Shown piece by piece: positions 22,179 through 36,132 of a stretch of 64,000 bases of DNA. A program made the translations under genes and the position numbers. Source of the stretch: TPA_inf: Saccharomyces (Eukaryota); assembly GCA_000146045.2 (NCBI GenBank), contig BK006939.2, forward strand, positions 64,001 to 128,000. The letters are read 5' to 3'. The notes below the pieces were generated by a model, which was not told the origin of the DNA, did no database searches, and saw only the letters and a program-made list of their open reading frames with translations. Positions within the stretch are counted from its first letter, which is position 1, and each line of letters starts with the position of its first letter.

Positions 22179-22598
22179 ATGAAAAAAGAAAAAAAAACTC
22201 CGACGCCCCTTCCATCACATCATGTACTCTTCGCTGAACCGGGTTTTTTTCTTTGCAATTTTTTTTTCGTTCTCCTAAAGCATACACAAATAAATCCTTT
22301 TTTTTATTTTCTATTTATTTTGTTATTTATCATCTATATAGCAATAATATACTTTGTTTTTATTCGTATTTCACACTTTTCTTTTTCCTTATGCAGGCAG
22401 TGTAATTCATTGGGGAGGATGATTTTCATGTGCGCATATCTACCGGCTGCAAGCAGCCGGTCGGTGGCAAATCCGGCGCTTCCCCCTCAAAAAAAAAAAA
22501 AAAAAAAAAAAAAGGGAACTCTCAGAACGGGGGAGGTTGAAGAGCAGGCCAAGGGAAATATTAGTTTTGACCTATGTGGGAAACAGAATTTTCAATGA
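22179..22598 (+). CDS. MTC7: Annotated small ORF (139 aa) of unknown function in the HYP2 3' region. It contains an A25 tract that would encode a poly-Lys run.
   Basis: Position and length match YEL033W. Very hydrophobic, low-complexity N-terminus. Coding status is questionable (see finding). Confidence 0.45.
   Translation: MKKEKKTPTPLPSHHVLFAEPGFFLCNFFFVLLKHTQINPFFYFLFILLFIIYIAIIYFVFIRISHFSFSLCRQCNSLGRMIFMCAYLPAASSRSVANPALPPQKKKKKKKKGTLRTGEVEEQAKGNISFDLCGKQNFQ
22489..22513 (+). repeat. A25 homopolymer (inside the MTC7 ORF, upstream of tRNA-Ser)
   Basis: Direct reading; 25 consecutive A. Confidence 0.98.
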
Positions 22599-22603
22599 GT
22601 TAT

Positions 22604-22685
22604 GGCAACTTGGCCGAGTGGTTAAGGCGAAAGATTAGAAATCTTTTGGGCTTTGCCCGCGCAGGTTCGAGTCCTGCAGTTGTCG
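22604..22685 (+). tRNA. tS(AGA)E: tRNA-Ser, anticodon AGA, 82 nt with long variable arm, no intron
   Basis: GGCAACTTGGCCGAGTGGTTAAGGCGAAAGATTAGAAATCTT...GGTTCGAGTCCTGCAGTTGTCG matches the yeast tRNA-Ser(AGA) sequence. A-box TGGCCGAGTGG and B-box GGTTCGAGTCC are present; a T5 terminator follows at 22689-22693. Confidence 0.97.
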
Positions 22686-22688
22686 TTA

Positions 22689-22693
22689 TTTTT
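22689..22693 (+). terminator. Pol III oligo(dT) terminator of the tRNA-Ser gene
   Basis: TTTTT run 4 nt after the tRNA 3' end. Confidence 0.8.
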
Positions 22694-22751
22694 CTCTTTT
22701 TTTTCAATTTCCCTTGTTCGTCAGATCGAGGCGGTAGAAGAAACAATTACT

Positions 22752-22770
22752 TTTCCTAAATGGGTAAAAA
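22752..22770 (+). promoter_or_regulatory. Early cell-cycle box / Mcm1 site (TTCCTAAATGGGTAAAAA, CC(W)6GG core at 22755-22764) in the MCM3 promoter
   Basis: A CCTAAATGGG core flanked by TTTCC...TAAAA fits the ECB consensus TTtCCcnntnaGGAAA. A second TTTTAGGAAAAAAA half follows at 22777-22790. About 170 bp upstream of the MCM3 ATG. Confidence 0.7.
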
Positions 22771-22828
22771 CTCGTGTTTTAGGAAAAAAAAGAAAAATTT
22801 GGTCAAAACTCGAAAGATAGGTTCTTAA

Positions 22829-25852
<3,024 letters not shown>

Positions 25853-26257
25853 TGTCACAGGAATGTTTACTAAAAGACTTCCATTCTTGGCTTTTTTTCT
25901 TTTTGTCATTCATAATTTTCAGTTCATTTCCAGATTATTTAGTTCATTAATTGTTATTCGTGTATTAAAGAATTATGTATTAAAACGCTTATTTCCTTCT
26001 TTTGTTTGAATGTGTTGTAAGCAGTTATGGGGCACTATATCTTCTGTTAATGAATATGTGTGATACTTTGGCTTATCTTACTTGCTCATTCGTGGCTTCT
26101 TGTCACGCCATACGTTACGCGTTTCTCTTCCTCTTCGCGTGTTCTGAATAAAGCCAAGTGGCAATGTCTCTTCCACCATATAACATGAAGCTTTAGCAAG
26201 CTTTTAGCTCTAGACATAGTTGACATATCAGACCTACAGAAACATAGGAATCGGTAA

Positions 26258-29200
26258 ATGACAAAGAAATCATTTGTGAGCAGTCCTATTGTTAGGGACT
26301 CGACATTGCTGGTACCAAAGTCATTAATAGCAAAGCCGTACGTATTACCGTTTTTCCCGTTATACGCTACCTTTGCCCAACTATATTTCCAGCAATATGA
26401 TCGTTACATCAAAGGACCTGAGTGGACTTTTGTCTACTTGGGGACATTGGTATCCTTGAACATCCTAGTCATGTTAATGCCTGCTTGGAATGTCAAGATC
26501 AAGGCGAAATTCAACTACAGTACTACTAAAAATGTCAATGAAGCTACTCACATTCTCATCTACACCACTCCAAATAATGGTTCTGATGGTATCGTTGAAA
26601 TTCAGAGAGTAACTGAAGCGGGCTCTTTGCAGACTTTTTTCCAATTTCAAAAGAAAAGATTCTTGTGGCATGAAAATGAGCAGGTATTTTCTTCACCAAA
26701 GTTCCTTGTTGATGAATCCCCAAAGATCGGTGATTTCCAAAAATGTAAGGGCCATTCCGGTGACCTAACTCATTTGAAGAGACTATATGGTGAGAATAGT
26801 TTTGATATTCCTATTCCAACATTTATGGAATTATTCAAAGAGCACGCTGTTGCGCCATTGTTTGTTTTCCAAGTTTTCTGTGTTGCCTTATGGCTATTGG
26901 ATGAGTTCTGGTATTATTCTTTGTTTAACTTATTCATGATTATCTCCATGGAGGCAGCTGCAGTATTTCAAAGATTAACTGCCTTGAAGGAATTTAGAAC
27001 TATGGGTATCAAACCTTATACCATTAACGTGTTTAGAAACAAAAAATGGGTAGCATTGCAAACCAATGAATTGTTACCTATGGATTTAGTGTCTATAACA
27101 AGAACCGCCGAGGAGAGCGCAATTCCTTGCGATTTGATCTTGCTCGATGGCTCCGCTATTGTTAATGAAGCAATGCTTTCAGGTGAATCTACTCCCTTGT
27201 TAAAGGAATCCATTAAATTACGTCCTAGTGAAGATAATTTACAACTGGACGGTGTTGACAAGATTGCTGTGTTACATGGTGGTACAAAGGCATTACAAGT
27301 AACACCTCCTGAACATAAATCGGATATCCCTCCTCCACCTGATGGAGGTGCCTTAGCCATCGTCACCAAAACTGGCTTTGAAACATCTCAGGGTTCTTTA
27401 GTTCGAGTTATGATTTACTCCGCTGAACGTGTTTCCGTCGATAATAAGGAAGCGTTGATGTTCATTCTTTTCTTGTTGATTTTCGCTGTTATTGCATCCT
27501 GGTACGTTTGGGTTGAGGGTACAAAAATGGGTAGAATTCAATCCAAATTGATCTTGGACTGTATATTAATTATTACATCTGTTGTTCCTCCTGAGTTACC
27601 AATGGAATTGACCATGGCTGTCAACAGTTCTCTGGCCGCCCTTGCCAAGTTCTATGTCTATTGTACTGAACCATTTAGAATTCCATTTGCTGGTAGAATT
27701 GATGTTTGTTGTTTCGATAAAACTGGTACTTTGACCGGCGAAGATCTTGTGTTTGAAGGTCTAGCTGGTATCTCTGCGGACTCCGAAAACATTCGTCACT
27801 TGTACAGCGCTGCCGAAGCACCAGAAAGTACAATTCTTGTCATTGGTGCTGCTCACGCTTTAGTTAAATTGGAAGATGGTGATATTGTTGGTGACCCAAT
27901 GGAAAAGGCGACCTTAAAGGCTGTTGGTTGGGCTGTCGAAAGAAAAAACAGTAACTATAGAGAGGGCACCGGAAAATTGGATATTATCCGTAGATTTCAA
28001 TTTTCTTCTGCTTTAAAAAGGTCTGCTTCTATTGCTTCTCACAACGATGCCTTGTTTGCTGCTGTCAAAGGTGCACCTGAAACGATTCGTGAAAGGCTTT
28101 CTGACATTCCCAAGAATTATGACGAAATCTATAAATCCTTTACACGCTCTGGTTCAAGAGTTTTGGCTTTGGCTTCTAAGTCGTTGCCAAAAATGTCTCA
28201 GTCTAAAATTGATGATCTAAACCGTGATGATGTTGAATCTGAATTAACCTTTAATGGGTTTTTGATTTTCCATTGTCCTCTGAAGGATGACGCTATTGAA
28301 ACCATTAAAATGTTAAATGAATCCTCCCATCGTTCTATTATGATTACTGGTGATAATCCATTAACTGCTGTTCATGTGGCTAAAGAAGTTGGCATAGTTT
28401 TTGGCGAAACTTTAATCTTAGACAGAGCAGGTAAATCTGACGACAATCAGTTGCTGTTCCGTGATGTTGAAGAGACAGTTTCCATCCCATTTGATCCATC
28501 AAAAGACACTTTTGATCATTCTAAATTATTTGATAGATATGATATTGCTGTTACTGGATATGCTTTGAATGCCTTGGAAGGGCATTCTCAATTAAGGGAT
28601 CTATTACGTCACACCTGGGTTTACGCACGTGTTTCACCATCCCAAAAGGAGTTCTTGCTGAATACACTAAAGGATATGGGATATCAAACTTTAATGTGCG
28701 GTGATGGTACTAATGATGTTGGTGCTTTGAAACAAGCTCATGTTGGTATTGCATTGTTGAATGGTACCGAAGAAGGTTTGAAAAAATTGGGTGAACAACG
28801 CAGATTGGAAGGTATGAAAATGATGTATATAAAGCAAACTGAATTTATGGCTAGATGGAATCAACCACAGCCACCTGTTCCTGAACCGATTGCACACTTA
28901 TTCCCACCTGGTCCAAAAAATCCTCATTATCTGAAAGCTTTAGAAAGCAAAGGTACCGTCATTACGCCAGAAATCAGAAAAGCAGTTGAAGAAGCAAATT
29001 CCAAACCTGTTGAAGTCATCAAACCAAATGGACTATCGGAAAAAAAACCTGCTGACTTAGCTTCTTTGTTGTTGAACTCTGCTGGTGATGCCCAAGGTGA
29101 TGAAGCACCAGCTCTAAAGTTAGGAGATGCATCTTGCGCTGCCCCTTTTACCTCGAAACTGGCCAATGTTTCTGCTGTTACTAACATTATACGTCAAGGC

Positions 29201-29905
29201 CGTTGTGCTTTAGTTAACACAATTCAAATGTACAAAATCTTGGCCTTGAATTGTTTAATCAGTGCCTACTCTTTGTCCATCATTTACATGGCTGGTGTCA
29301 AATTTGGTGATGGTCAAGCCACTGTCTCCGGTTTGTTACTATCGGTTTGTTTCTTGAGTATTTCCCGTGGTAAACCTTTAGAAAAACTATCCAAGCAAAG
29401 GCCACAGTCCGGAATTTTCAATGTTTACATTATGGGATCTATTTTGTCTCAATTTGCCGTTCATATTGCCACTTTAGTTTACATCACTACAGAGATTTAT
29501 AAATTGGAACCCAGAGAGCCACAAGTTGATCTTGAAAAGGAATTTGCTCCATCATTATTGAATACGGGTATTTTCATCATTCAGTTGGTACAACAAGTCT
29601 CTACATTTGCTGTCAATTATCAAGGTGAGCCATTCAGAGAAAACATTAGGAGTAACAAAGGTATGTATTATGGTTTATTGGGTGTGACAGGTTTGGCACT
29701 TGCAAGTGCTACTGAATTTTTACCTGAGCTAAACGAAGCCATGAAGTTTGTGCCAATGACTGATGACTTTAAGATTAAGTTGACCCTAACATTATTGCTC
29801 GATTTCTTTGGTAGTTGGGGTGTCGAGCATTTTTTCAAGTTTTTCTTCATGGACGACAAACCATCAGACATTTCTGTGCAACAGGTCAAGATTGCCTCTA
29901 AATGA
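26258..29905 (+). CDS. SPF1: ER P5A-type ATPase (transmembrane helix dislocase), 1215 aa
   Basis: P-type ATPase motifs: phosphorylation site DKTGTLT, TGDN and GDGTNDVGALK. 1215 aa matches SPF1 (YEL031W). Confidence 0.95.
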   Translation: MTKKSFVSSPIVRDSTLLVPKSLIAKPYVLPFFPLYATFAQLYFQQYDRYIKGPEWTFVYLGTLVSLNILVMLMPAWNVKIKAKFNYSTTKNVNEATHILIYTTPNNGSDGIVEIQRVTEAGSLQTFFQFQKKRFLWHENEQVFSSPKFLVDESPKIGDFQKCKGHSGDLTHLKRLYGENSFDIPIPTFMELFKEHAVAPLFVFQVFCVALWLLDEFWYYSLFNLFMIISMEAAAVFQRLTALKEFRTMGIKPYTINVFRNKKWVALQTNELLPMDLVSITRTAEESAIPCDLILLDGSAIVNEAMLSGESTPLLKESIKLRPSEDNLQLDGVDKIAVLHGGTKALQVTPPEHKSDIPPPPDGGALAIVTKTGFETSQGSLVRVMIYSAERVSVDNKEALMFILFLLIFAVIASWYVWVEGTKMGRIQSKLILDCILIITSVVPPELPMELTMAVNSSLAALAKFYVYCTEPFRIPFAGRIDVCCFDKTGTLTGEDLVFEGLAGISADSENIRHLYSAAEAPESTILVIGAAHALVKLEDGDIVGDPMEKATLKAVGWAVERKNSNYREGTGKLDIIRRFQFSSALKRSASIASHNDALFAAVKGAPETIRERLSDIPKNYDEIYKSFTRSGSRVLALASKSLPKMSQSKIDDLNRDDVESELTFNGFLIFHCPLKDDAIETIKMLNESSHRSIMITGDNPLTAVHVAKEVGIVFGETLILDRAGKSDDNQLLFRDVEETVSIPFDPSKDTFDHSKLFDRYDIAVTGYALNALEGHSQLRDLLRHTWVYARVSPSQKEFLLNTLKDMGYQTLMCGDGTNDVGALKQAHVGIALLNGTEEGLKKLGEQRRLEGMKMMYIKQTEFMARWNQPQPPVPEPIAHLFPPGPKNPHYLKALESKGTVITPEIRKAVEEANSKPVEVIKPNGLSEKKPADLASLLLNSAGDAQGDEAPALKLGDASCAAPFTSKLANVSAVTNIIRQGRCALVNTIQMYKILALNCLISAYSLSIIYMAGVKFGDGQATVSGLLLSVCFLSISRGKPLEKLSKQRPQSGIFNVYIMGSILSQFAVHIATLVYITTEIYKLEPREPQVDLEKEFAPSLLNTGIFIIQLVQQVSTFAVNYQGEPFRENIRSNKGMYYGLLGVTGLALASATEFLPELNEAMKFVPMTDDFKIKLTLTLLLDFFGSWGVEHFFKFFFMDDKPSDISVQQVKIASK

Positions 29906-30643
29906 TAAATCTTTTATGTAGTACCCCTTTTTGTATTTATATACTTATATTACCCATTCATATAGATCTTTTTTAATGGGTGTATTGTTAAGTTTATGAA
30001 AGTGCTGTATTATTTGTAAAACAGCTTCTAAGTATACGAAAATTATAATAGCTTCAAGTTTATATTTTGTTGCTAGCGTTACGGTTATGTTTTTACGATA
30101 CATATCGCCTAAGCAGGTCTCTGCGCCTAAAAAAAGTAAACATATAAATTGGGAAAGCAATATAATTAAACATACTGCTATAGTAAATTCATTACTAGGC
30201 CAATTTAACCGTGCCTTATTATGATATGAAATACCAGTCAACAAGTCCCGCTTAAATGCACTCTAGTAAAGCTACAGGTGGTTAACAAAAATTAAGAAAA
30301 CAGAACAACCACGAGATTCTTTGAACACGGTCTGTCAAAGATCTTGACTTGGACTAGTTACACAATTTATTTTCCAACTGAGTGGTTTAGCACAGGAATA
30401 GTTTAATCGGGTCTTAAATTTTTACTTTGATTTTTGCAGGGGAGATGCTAAGTCAAATTGCAGCACCCTTTAAAGGGTCAGACGTAGAACATCAAAAAAA
30501 GAACAAATCTCAAAAATGATTATTTAACTAAGATTAGCAAACTTCAAAATCATGGCGATTAATTGATACCCTATTGATTTTTTTACCGAAGAGCATTTGT
30601 AACTATTTCACTGGTCATAATTAAGAACTTAAATTCAAGTAAC

Positions 30644-32578
30644 ATGTTACCATCATGGAAAGCCTTTAAAGCACATAATATACTTCGTATTCTGACCCGT
30701 TTCCAGTCAACCAAAATTCCAGATGCAGTTATCGGTATTGATTTAGGTACTACCAATTCTGCGGTAGCTATTATGGAAGGTAAAGTTCCGAGAATTATCG
30801 AAAATGCAGAAGGCTCAAGAACTACTCCGTCTGTAGTGGCTTTCACTAAAGACGGAGAACGTTTAGTTGGTGAGCCAGCCAAACGACAATCCGTCATAAA
30901 CTCAGAAAACACTTTGTTTGCTACTAAGCGTTTAATCGGCCGCCGTTTCGAGGACGCTGAAGTCCAAAGAGATATTAATCAGGTTCCTTTCAAAATCGTC
31001 AAGCATTCTAATGGAGATGCCTGGGTAGAGGCTAGAAACAGAACGTACTCCCCCGCCCAAATAGGAGGTTTTATCTTAAATAAAATGAAGGAAACAGCGG
31101 AGGCTTACTTAGCGAAGAGCGTCAAAAATGCTGTTGTCACCGTTCCTGCTTACTTCAATGATGCCCAAAGACAAGCTACTAAAGACGCAGGACAAATTAT
31201 TGGGCTTAATGTATTACGTGTTGTCAACGAACCAACAGCTGCTGCCCTAGCTTACGGTCTAGATAAATCAGAGCCAAAAGTCATTGCTGTTTTCGACTTG
31301 GGCGGTGGTACTTTCGATATTTCAATCCTGGACATCGATAACGGTATCTTTGAGGTTAAATCTACCAATGGTGACACCCATTTGGGTGGCGAAGATTTTG
31401 ACATTTATTTGTTGCAAGAAATTATTTCTCATTTCAAGAAAGAAACCGGTATCGATTTGAGTAATGACCGTATGGCTGTCCAAAGAATAAGAGAAGCCGC
31501 TGAAAAGGCTAAAATCGAACTGTCTTCTACACTCTCTACAGAAATAAACTTGCCTTTCATAACTGCTGATGCTGCAGGCCCAAAGCATATTCGTATGCCC
31601 TTTTCTAGGGTTCAGCTTGAGAATATAACCGCCCCATTGATTGATAGAACGGTTGATCCTGTCAAAAAAGCACTGAAAGACGCAAGAATTACCGCCTCAG
31701 ATATATCGGATGTTTTATTAGTTGGTGGTATGTCAAGGATGCCCAAGGTTGCAGATACTGTAAAGAAATTATTCGGTAAGGATGCATCAAAAGCTGTTAA
31801 CCCTGATGAAGCAGTCGCTTTAGGGGCCGCTATACAGGCTGCGGTCTTGTCTGGTGAAGTTACCGATGTTTTGTTGCTAGATGTCACTCCCCTATCATTG
31901 GGTATTGAAACTTTAGGAGGAGTTTTTACAAAATTAATCCCAAGAAATTCTACAATTCCCAATAAGAAATCTCAAATTTTTTCAACTGCGGCATCAGGTC
32001 AAACATCGGTGGAAGTTAAAGTTTTCCAAGGTGAGAGGGAGTTAGTCAAGGATAACAAATTAATAGGTAATTTTACTCTTGCGGGCATTCCTCCAGCTCC
32101 AAAAGGTACCCCACAAATTGAAGTCACTTTTGATATCGATGCGAACGGCATCATCAACGTTTCAGCAAAAGATCTCGCCAGCCACAAAGACTCTTCCATC
32201 ACTGTTGCCGGAGCGTCTGGGCTATCTGATACGGAGATTGATCGAATGGTTAATGAAGCGGAAAGATATAAAAATCAGGATAGAGCCAGAAGGAATGCCA
32301 TCGAAACCGCTAACAAAGCTGACCAGCTAGCTAATGACACAGAAAATTCCATTAAGGAATTCGAAGGTAAGCTAGATAAAACTGATTCTCAAAGACTAAA
32401 AGATCAAATTTCATCCTTAAGGGAATTGGTTTCTCGGAGTCAAGCTGGAGATGAGGTTAATGATGACGATGTTGGAACAAAAATTGACAATTTGCGAACT
32501 TCATCGATGAAACTTTTTGAACAGTTATACAAGAACAGTGACAATCCTGAAACTAAGAACGGGAGAGAAAATAAATAA
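30644..32578 (+). CDS. ECM10: Mitochondrial Hsp70 (SSC1 paralog), 644 aa
   Basis: Mitochondrial presequence, then Hsp70 signatures [16 protein letters not shown] and [11 protein letters not shown]. 644 aa and chromosomal position match ECM10 (YEL030W), not SSC1. Confidence 0.9.
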   Translation: MLPSWKAFKAHNILRILTRFQSTKIPDAVIGIDLGTTNSAVAIMEGKVPRIIENAEGSRTTPSVVAFTKDGERLVGEPAKRQSVINSENTLFATKRLIGRRFEDAEVQRDINQVPFKIVKHSNGDAWVEARNRTYSPAQIGGFILNKMKETAEAYLAKSVKNAVVTVPAYFNDAQRQATKDAGQIIGLNVLRVVNEPTAAALAYGLDKSEPKVIAVFDLGGGTFDISILDIDNGIFEVKSTNGDTHLGGEDFDIYLLQEIISHFKKETGIDLSNDRMAVQRIREAAEKAKIELSSTLSTEINLPFITADAAGPKHIRMPFSRVQLENITAPLIDRTVDPVKKALKDARITASDISDVLLVGGMSRMPKVADTVKKLFGKDASKAVNPDEAVALGAAIQAAVLSGEVTDVLLLDVTPLSLGIETLGGVFTKLIPRNSTIPNKKSQIFSTAASGQTSVEVKVFQGERELVKDNKLIGNFTLAGIPPAPKGTPQIEVTFDIDANGIINVSAKDLASHKDSSITVAGASGLSDTEIDRMVNEAERYKNQDRARRNAIETANKADQLANDTENSIKEFEGKLDKTDSQRLKDQISSLRELVSRSQAGDEVNDDDVGTKIDNLRTSSMKLFEQLYKNSDNPETKNGRENK

Positions 32579-32857
32579 CACAAGATAATAAAAAAGATAA
32601 TATTTTCGTTTAAAATTTCAGAAATATTGCTTACATCAAACGAAATAGTAAGCGTAAACCATATATCCTTTCAACGATATGTATCATTTTTATAGTCTTT
32701 TGGCGGTATAAAAAGAATAGCCAAAGGTGGAAGTCAGGTTAAACCAAAAGAAACTACCCGCAAGGGATGTATGCATTTGAACATAAAAAACTATTCACTA
32801 TTTTACAAATGTCAACATTAATTTTCTTTGGTGAAAATATGACTCTATAAAGTTTCA

Positions 32858-33796
32858 TCACAACCTTGCGTAAATATAATCTGTTTGATGAATGTTGATT
32901 GTTTCATATATATCTCTTGATTCAATAAGACGCAATTCCATTTCTTTCATTTCCAAGGCGGAACCCATTTTTGCTTTCATTTTTCCTGAAGCATAGCTCC
33001 TAGTAATTTTCAAAACCTTCTGAATAACATTAAGAACATTATTGACTTGGTCTTCAAATTTTAATGTTGTTGTAGGGTTCGATAAGATCTTATACACTCG
33101 ATCCAATAACAAAGCAGAAAACAAATCACCAACCCCAGTGAAATACGAATCAATAAACGGCACTCTGTAAACAATGGGGGTTTTACCCTCCATTGAAGCT
33201 ACGCAATAAATAAAATCTTTGTCATCAAACATCTTACAGTCACAGGATGTGACAATGATCACTGGGATAGTTTGGTGTAATTTCTTTAAGGCCTTCTTCA
33301 AATGTTCTTTAGTCTTGATTTCCCCCCCATAAAGTATCTCCAGCTCAAATTGATTCGGAGTTATTATATCGACTAGCTGTTTTGGAGACAAAGCCAGCTT
33401 TCTATATTCTGGTATGACATCCTCACTAACATATAATTGTCCTTCGTCACCCATAACAGGATCCATAAGCCATATCATTTCTGGATTCGCCTCTTTAAAT
33501 TTAGCGTAGTATGTTCCCATACATCGAACGGAATTCTTATTGGGCAAGTAGCCTGAAAGTAAGGCTTGGTAGTCTTGGGAAAAATTATCAAAAAGACCTG
33601 ATAAGAGTTCCTTCAAATCTGTTTCCCTCGTTATAGTCCCAAACACTTTATCTAAACCATATCCGGTATGGTTGGAAAACTGAACACTGTTACAACAATC
33701 CACATCCCAGCCTAGACACTGTAAGGGAAACGTTGCAGCCTTATTTCCCACATATCCATGTACAACATGAGACTGCGTGGCCAAGAGACGAGGCAT
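32858..33796 (-). CDS. BUD16: Pyridoxal kinase, 312 aa
   Basis: Belongs to the ribokinase/pfkB-like pyridoxal kinase family. 312 aa matches YEL029C. Confidence 0.88.
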   Translation of the reverse strand: MPRLLATQSHVVHGYVGNKAATFPLQCLGWDVDCCNSVQFSNHTGYGLDKVFGTITRETDLKELLSGLFDNFSQDYQALLSGYLPNKNSVRCMGTYYAKFKEANPEMIWLMDPVMGDEGQLYVSEDVIPEYRKLALSPKQLVDIITPNQFELEILYGGEIKTKEHLKKALKKLHQTIPVIIVTSCDCKMFDDKDFIYCVASMEGKTPIVYRVPFIDSYFTGVGDLFSALLLDRVYKILSNPTTTLKFEDQVNNVLNVIQKVLKITRSYASGKMKAKMGSALEMKEMELRLIESRDIYETINIHQTDYIYARL

Positions 33797-34667
33797 TTTT
33801 TCGTAATTTTTCGATAGCTACTGCAGACCAAACTCAGGGAGATTTAGTAGTCAGTGAACTCAAATTCTTTTCAACTTTTAAATCTACGCAAACTAATAAA
33901 TTTTCGGTCGATAGTAAAGCAGTCATGATTACATCTCTTGCTTATTTTTGAAATATTTCAGTCATCGGACAATGGCGGAAATAGAATTCACATATTTCCG
34001 CCTTTGATGCAAGAAAAGGCTAAAAGGCTCATGAACTTAACTGTTACAATGTTAAATTAGCTAAAAGGCAGCCATCGCCATGTCGGAGGAAAAAAACCGT
34101 AACAATAAATTAGGTTTGGACTTTTGCAGTATTTAATGAGAGTTGGTGGCCAAGAATAATGGATGATAGCGCATCAAAAAAAGGAAGCTGATATGAACGA
34201 CTTCACATAGAACTTTGACTCTTCTACAACGTGAATGCCTTTGATAAGAATGAAATTCCAAAACAAGTAGTGTTGGGAGGTAAATTTCCTCCACTGCTAA
34301 TTCCAACTACGTGTGCATTTTTCAATAGTAATATTCCGTCACAAGAGGCTTATTTTCATTTTCTCTACCCTCATCTTTTTTTCACTTTTTTCCTTACAAT
34401 GAATACATGTGATATAGATACTTAATTGTCTGTTTTGCGAGCTTGCTTCTTCATATCTATGTAATATGGGCCAGGTCAACCCAACATCTACCAATTATCT
34501 ATATGATGAAAAATATGATTGGTAGTTACCGCCAATGCATAGATTTTAGACAACTTAATAAGGCCATGTTAAAGGGTGCATTCCCACTATCGCGCTTAGG
34601 ATTGGATGAAGCATAACTTTTCTTCACTGTCAAATTGCATCGTAGTTATATCAGATCCAAATAAAAA

Positions 34668-35129
34668 ATGAAAATAACAATAACAAGCCTTCTATTTTTT
34701 CTTGTCATGATCGTCGAGCTCGCAAGTGCGGGCACACTACTTCATAATGGTGCAAATTTGCCCTCATTACGTGATAACACCACTCTAACTGATGCTCGTA
34801 ATGTGTTAAAGTACTTACAAGTGCTTGGTTTTCCAAGCAACAAAATAGCGGCTACAGATACTGTTGGAACTTTTATCATATTTAGCAATCGTACGGAAGC
34901 TAACACTACCGCTATGACGAAGACAGTGTCATACTGTTATCGTAACTACGGGCATAGTTTCTACTTCACTCATTACAAATACGACTATTTTCCTAGCGGG
35001 ATTAGTTATATGGCAAAACTTGGCGATGCCACCGTCAACCATACGGACTTACCTCACTTTAGGAACAACAAACGGCTAACAACGCAAGAACTCAATGCCT
35101 TCCAACATCCAATTGTCGAGTTTCAGTAA
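34668..35129 (+). CDS. YEL028W: Small predicted secreted protein (signal peptide, multiple N-glycosylation sequons), 153 aa, function unknown
   Basis: Hydrophobic N-terminus ITITSLLFFLVMIVELASA with NxT/S sites. Length and position match YEL028W. Confidence 0.6.
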   Translation: MKITITSLLFFLVMIVELASAGTLLHNGANLPSLRDNTTLTDARNVLKYLQVLGFPSNKIAATDTVGTFIIFSNRTEANTTAMTKTVSYCYRNYGHSFYFTHYKYDYFPSGISYMAKLGDATVNHTDLPHFRNNKRLTTQELNAFQHPIVEFQ

Positions 35130-35296
35130 GTACTCAGGTATTACGTTATGTACATGTATGATAATTCTGATTAACATCTTTTATACACAAAGATGTATGC
35201 ATGAATGGTGCAAATATCTCGACGATGCGCAGTAAAGAAAGCAATTTACTACTAACGTCTAGCGATATCATAGATGATGACAGGATAACGATATAG

Positions 35297-35666
35297 GTTA
35301 GATGGATATTGGAGTAATTGTCAAGTCCCATTTTGATTGAAGACAACATTATTAGGCCTACAGAGTTGCTAAAATTCTCCACTAGGTCACAGGAGTTCGC
35401 AAAAGAGAATCAACAATCTACATAACCATGCACACATTTCTTCGTCCTCTACGTTATAATTTACTGCTCTAAAAGCGTCACTTCTCCTTTCATTTTATGT
35501 TTTATTGTTCATTATCCTACTGCGTTATCAATCCTTACATTTCGGCTTCCACTAAATTTAATGACTGCTTCTCATCATTTCATGTCTTCTAACGCCGTAT
35601 ATAATAATATCCCAGCAAAATATAACTGTTAGTTAGTGAATCATAACCGACTGTTACTCCTGCAAT
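35297..35666 (-). mobile_element. Diverged solo delta element (Ty1/Ty2 LTR), minus orientation, about 470 bp upstream of the tRNA-iMet gene
   Basis: Reads as a degenerate copy of the delta consensus in reverse orientation. For example CATTATCCTACTGCGTTATCAATCCTTACATTTCGGCTTCCACTAAATTTAATGACTGCTTCTCATCATTTCATGTCTTCTAACGCCGTATATAATAATAT corresponds to delta CATTATCCTATTACATTATCAATCCTTGCGTTTCAGCTTCCACTAATTTAGATGACTATTTCTCATCATTTGCGTCATCTTCTAACACCGTATATGATAATAT. Boundaries are approximate (+/- 20 bp); no intact TG...CA ends or target-site duplication could be verified by eye. Confidence 0.65.
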
Positions 35667-36132
35667 ATCCATGGGAGAAATCACCATCGGAAGGTAAACT
35701 AACACGTAGGTATTGATTCTACCGGAAATGAACAAATGTCGTACTGCCCAAATGAGCCAAATGCCATCATATACGCCTTCATAACTATATTTGAAAAATA
35801 CCTTTGCCTAAAAGACGAGTGGTATTGGAAACTTCAATTAGTGTTCAAAAATGTCCAGTGAGAGGATGAAGTTGTCGTGGTTGAAACAGCATAAACCACC
35901 TAAAATAGTATCAACTGACAACAACTGTGGAACACATGCGGTTACTTTTATAATTAACCGCAAAATACCTGAAATGAGCTAAGAAATAGTAATTATAAAC
36001 ATGCCACTACAAGTAACAGATTAAGTGATATGTTGGCGGACCTCAATATAAGCGACATGGAGAGATAGAGATAGAAGAATTTGTTATTGTGTTAATAAAT
36101 AAAGTTAACATCCAGTTCTTTCAAGTTGGCTA

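Noticed and set aside
35670-36130. Possible second LTR or Ty fragment between the delta element and tRNA-iMet
   Set aside because: I could not align it by eye to the delta, sigma, tau or omega consensus sequences. It is left unassigned rather than called.
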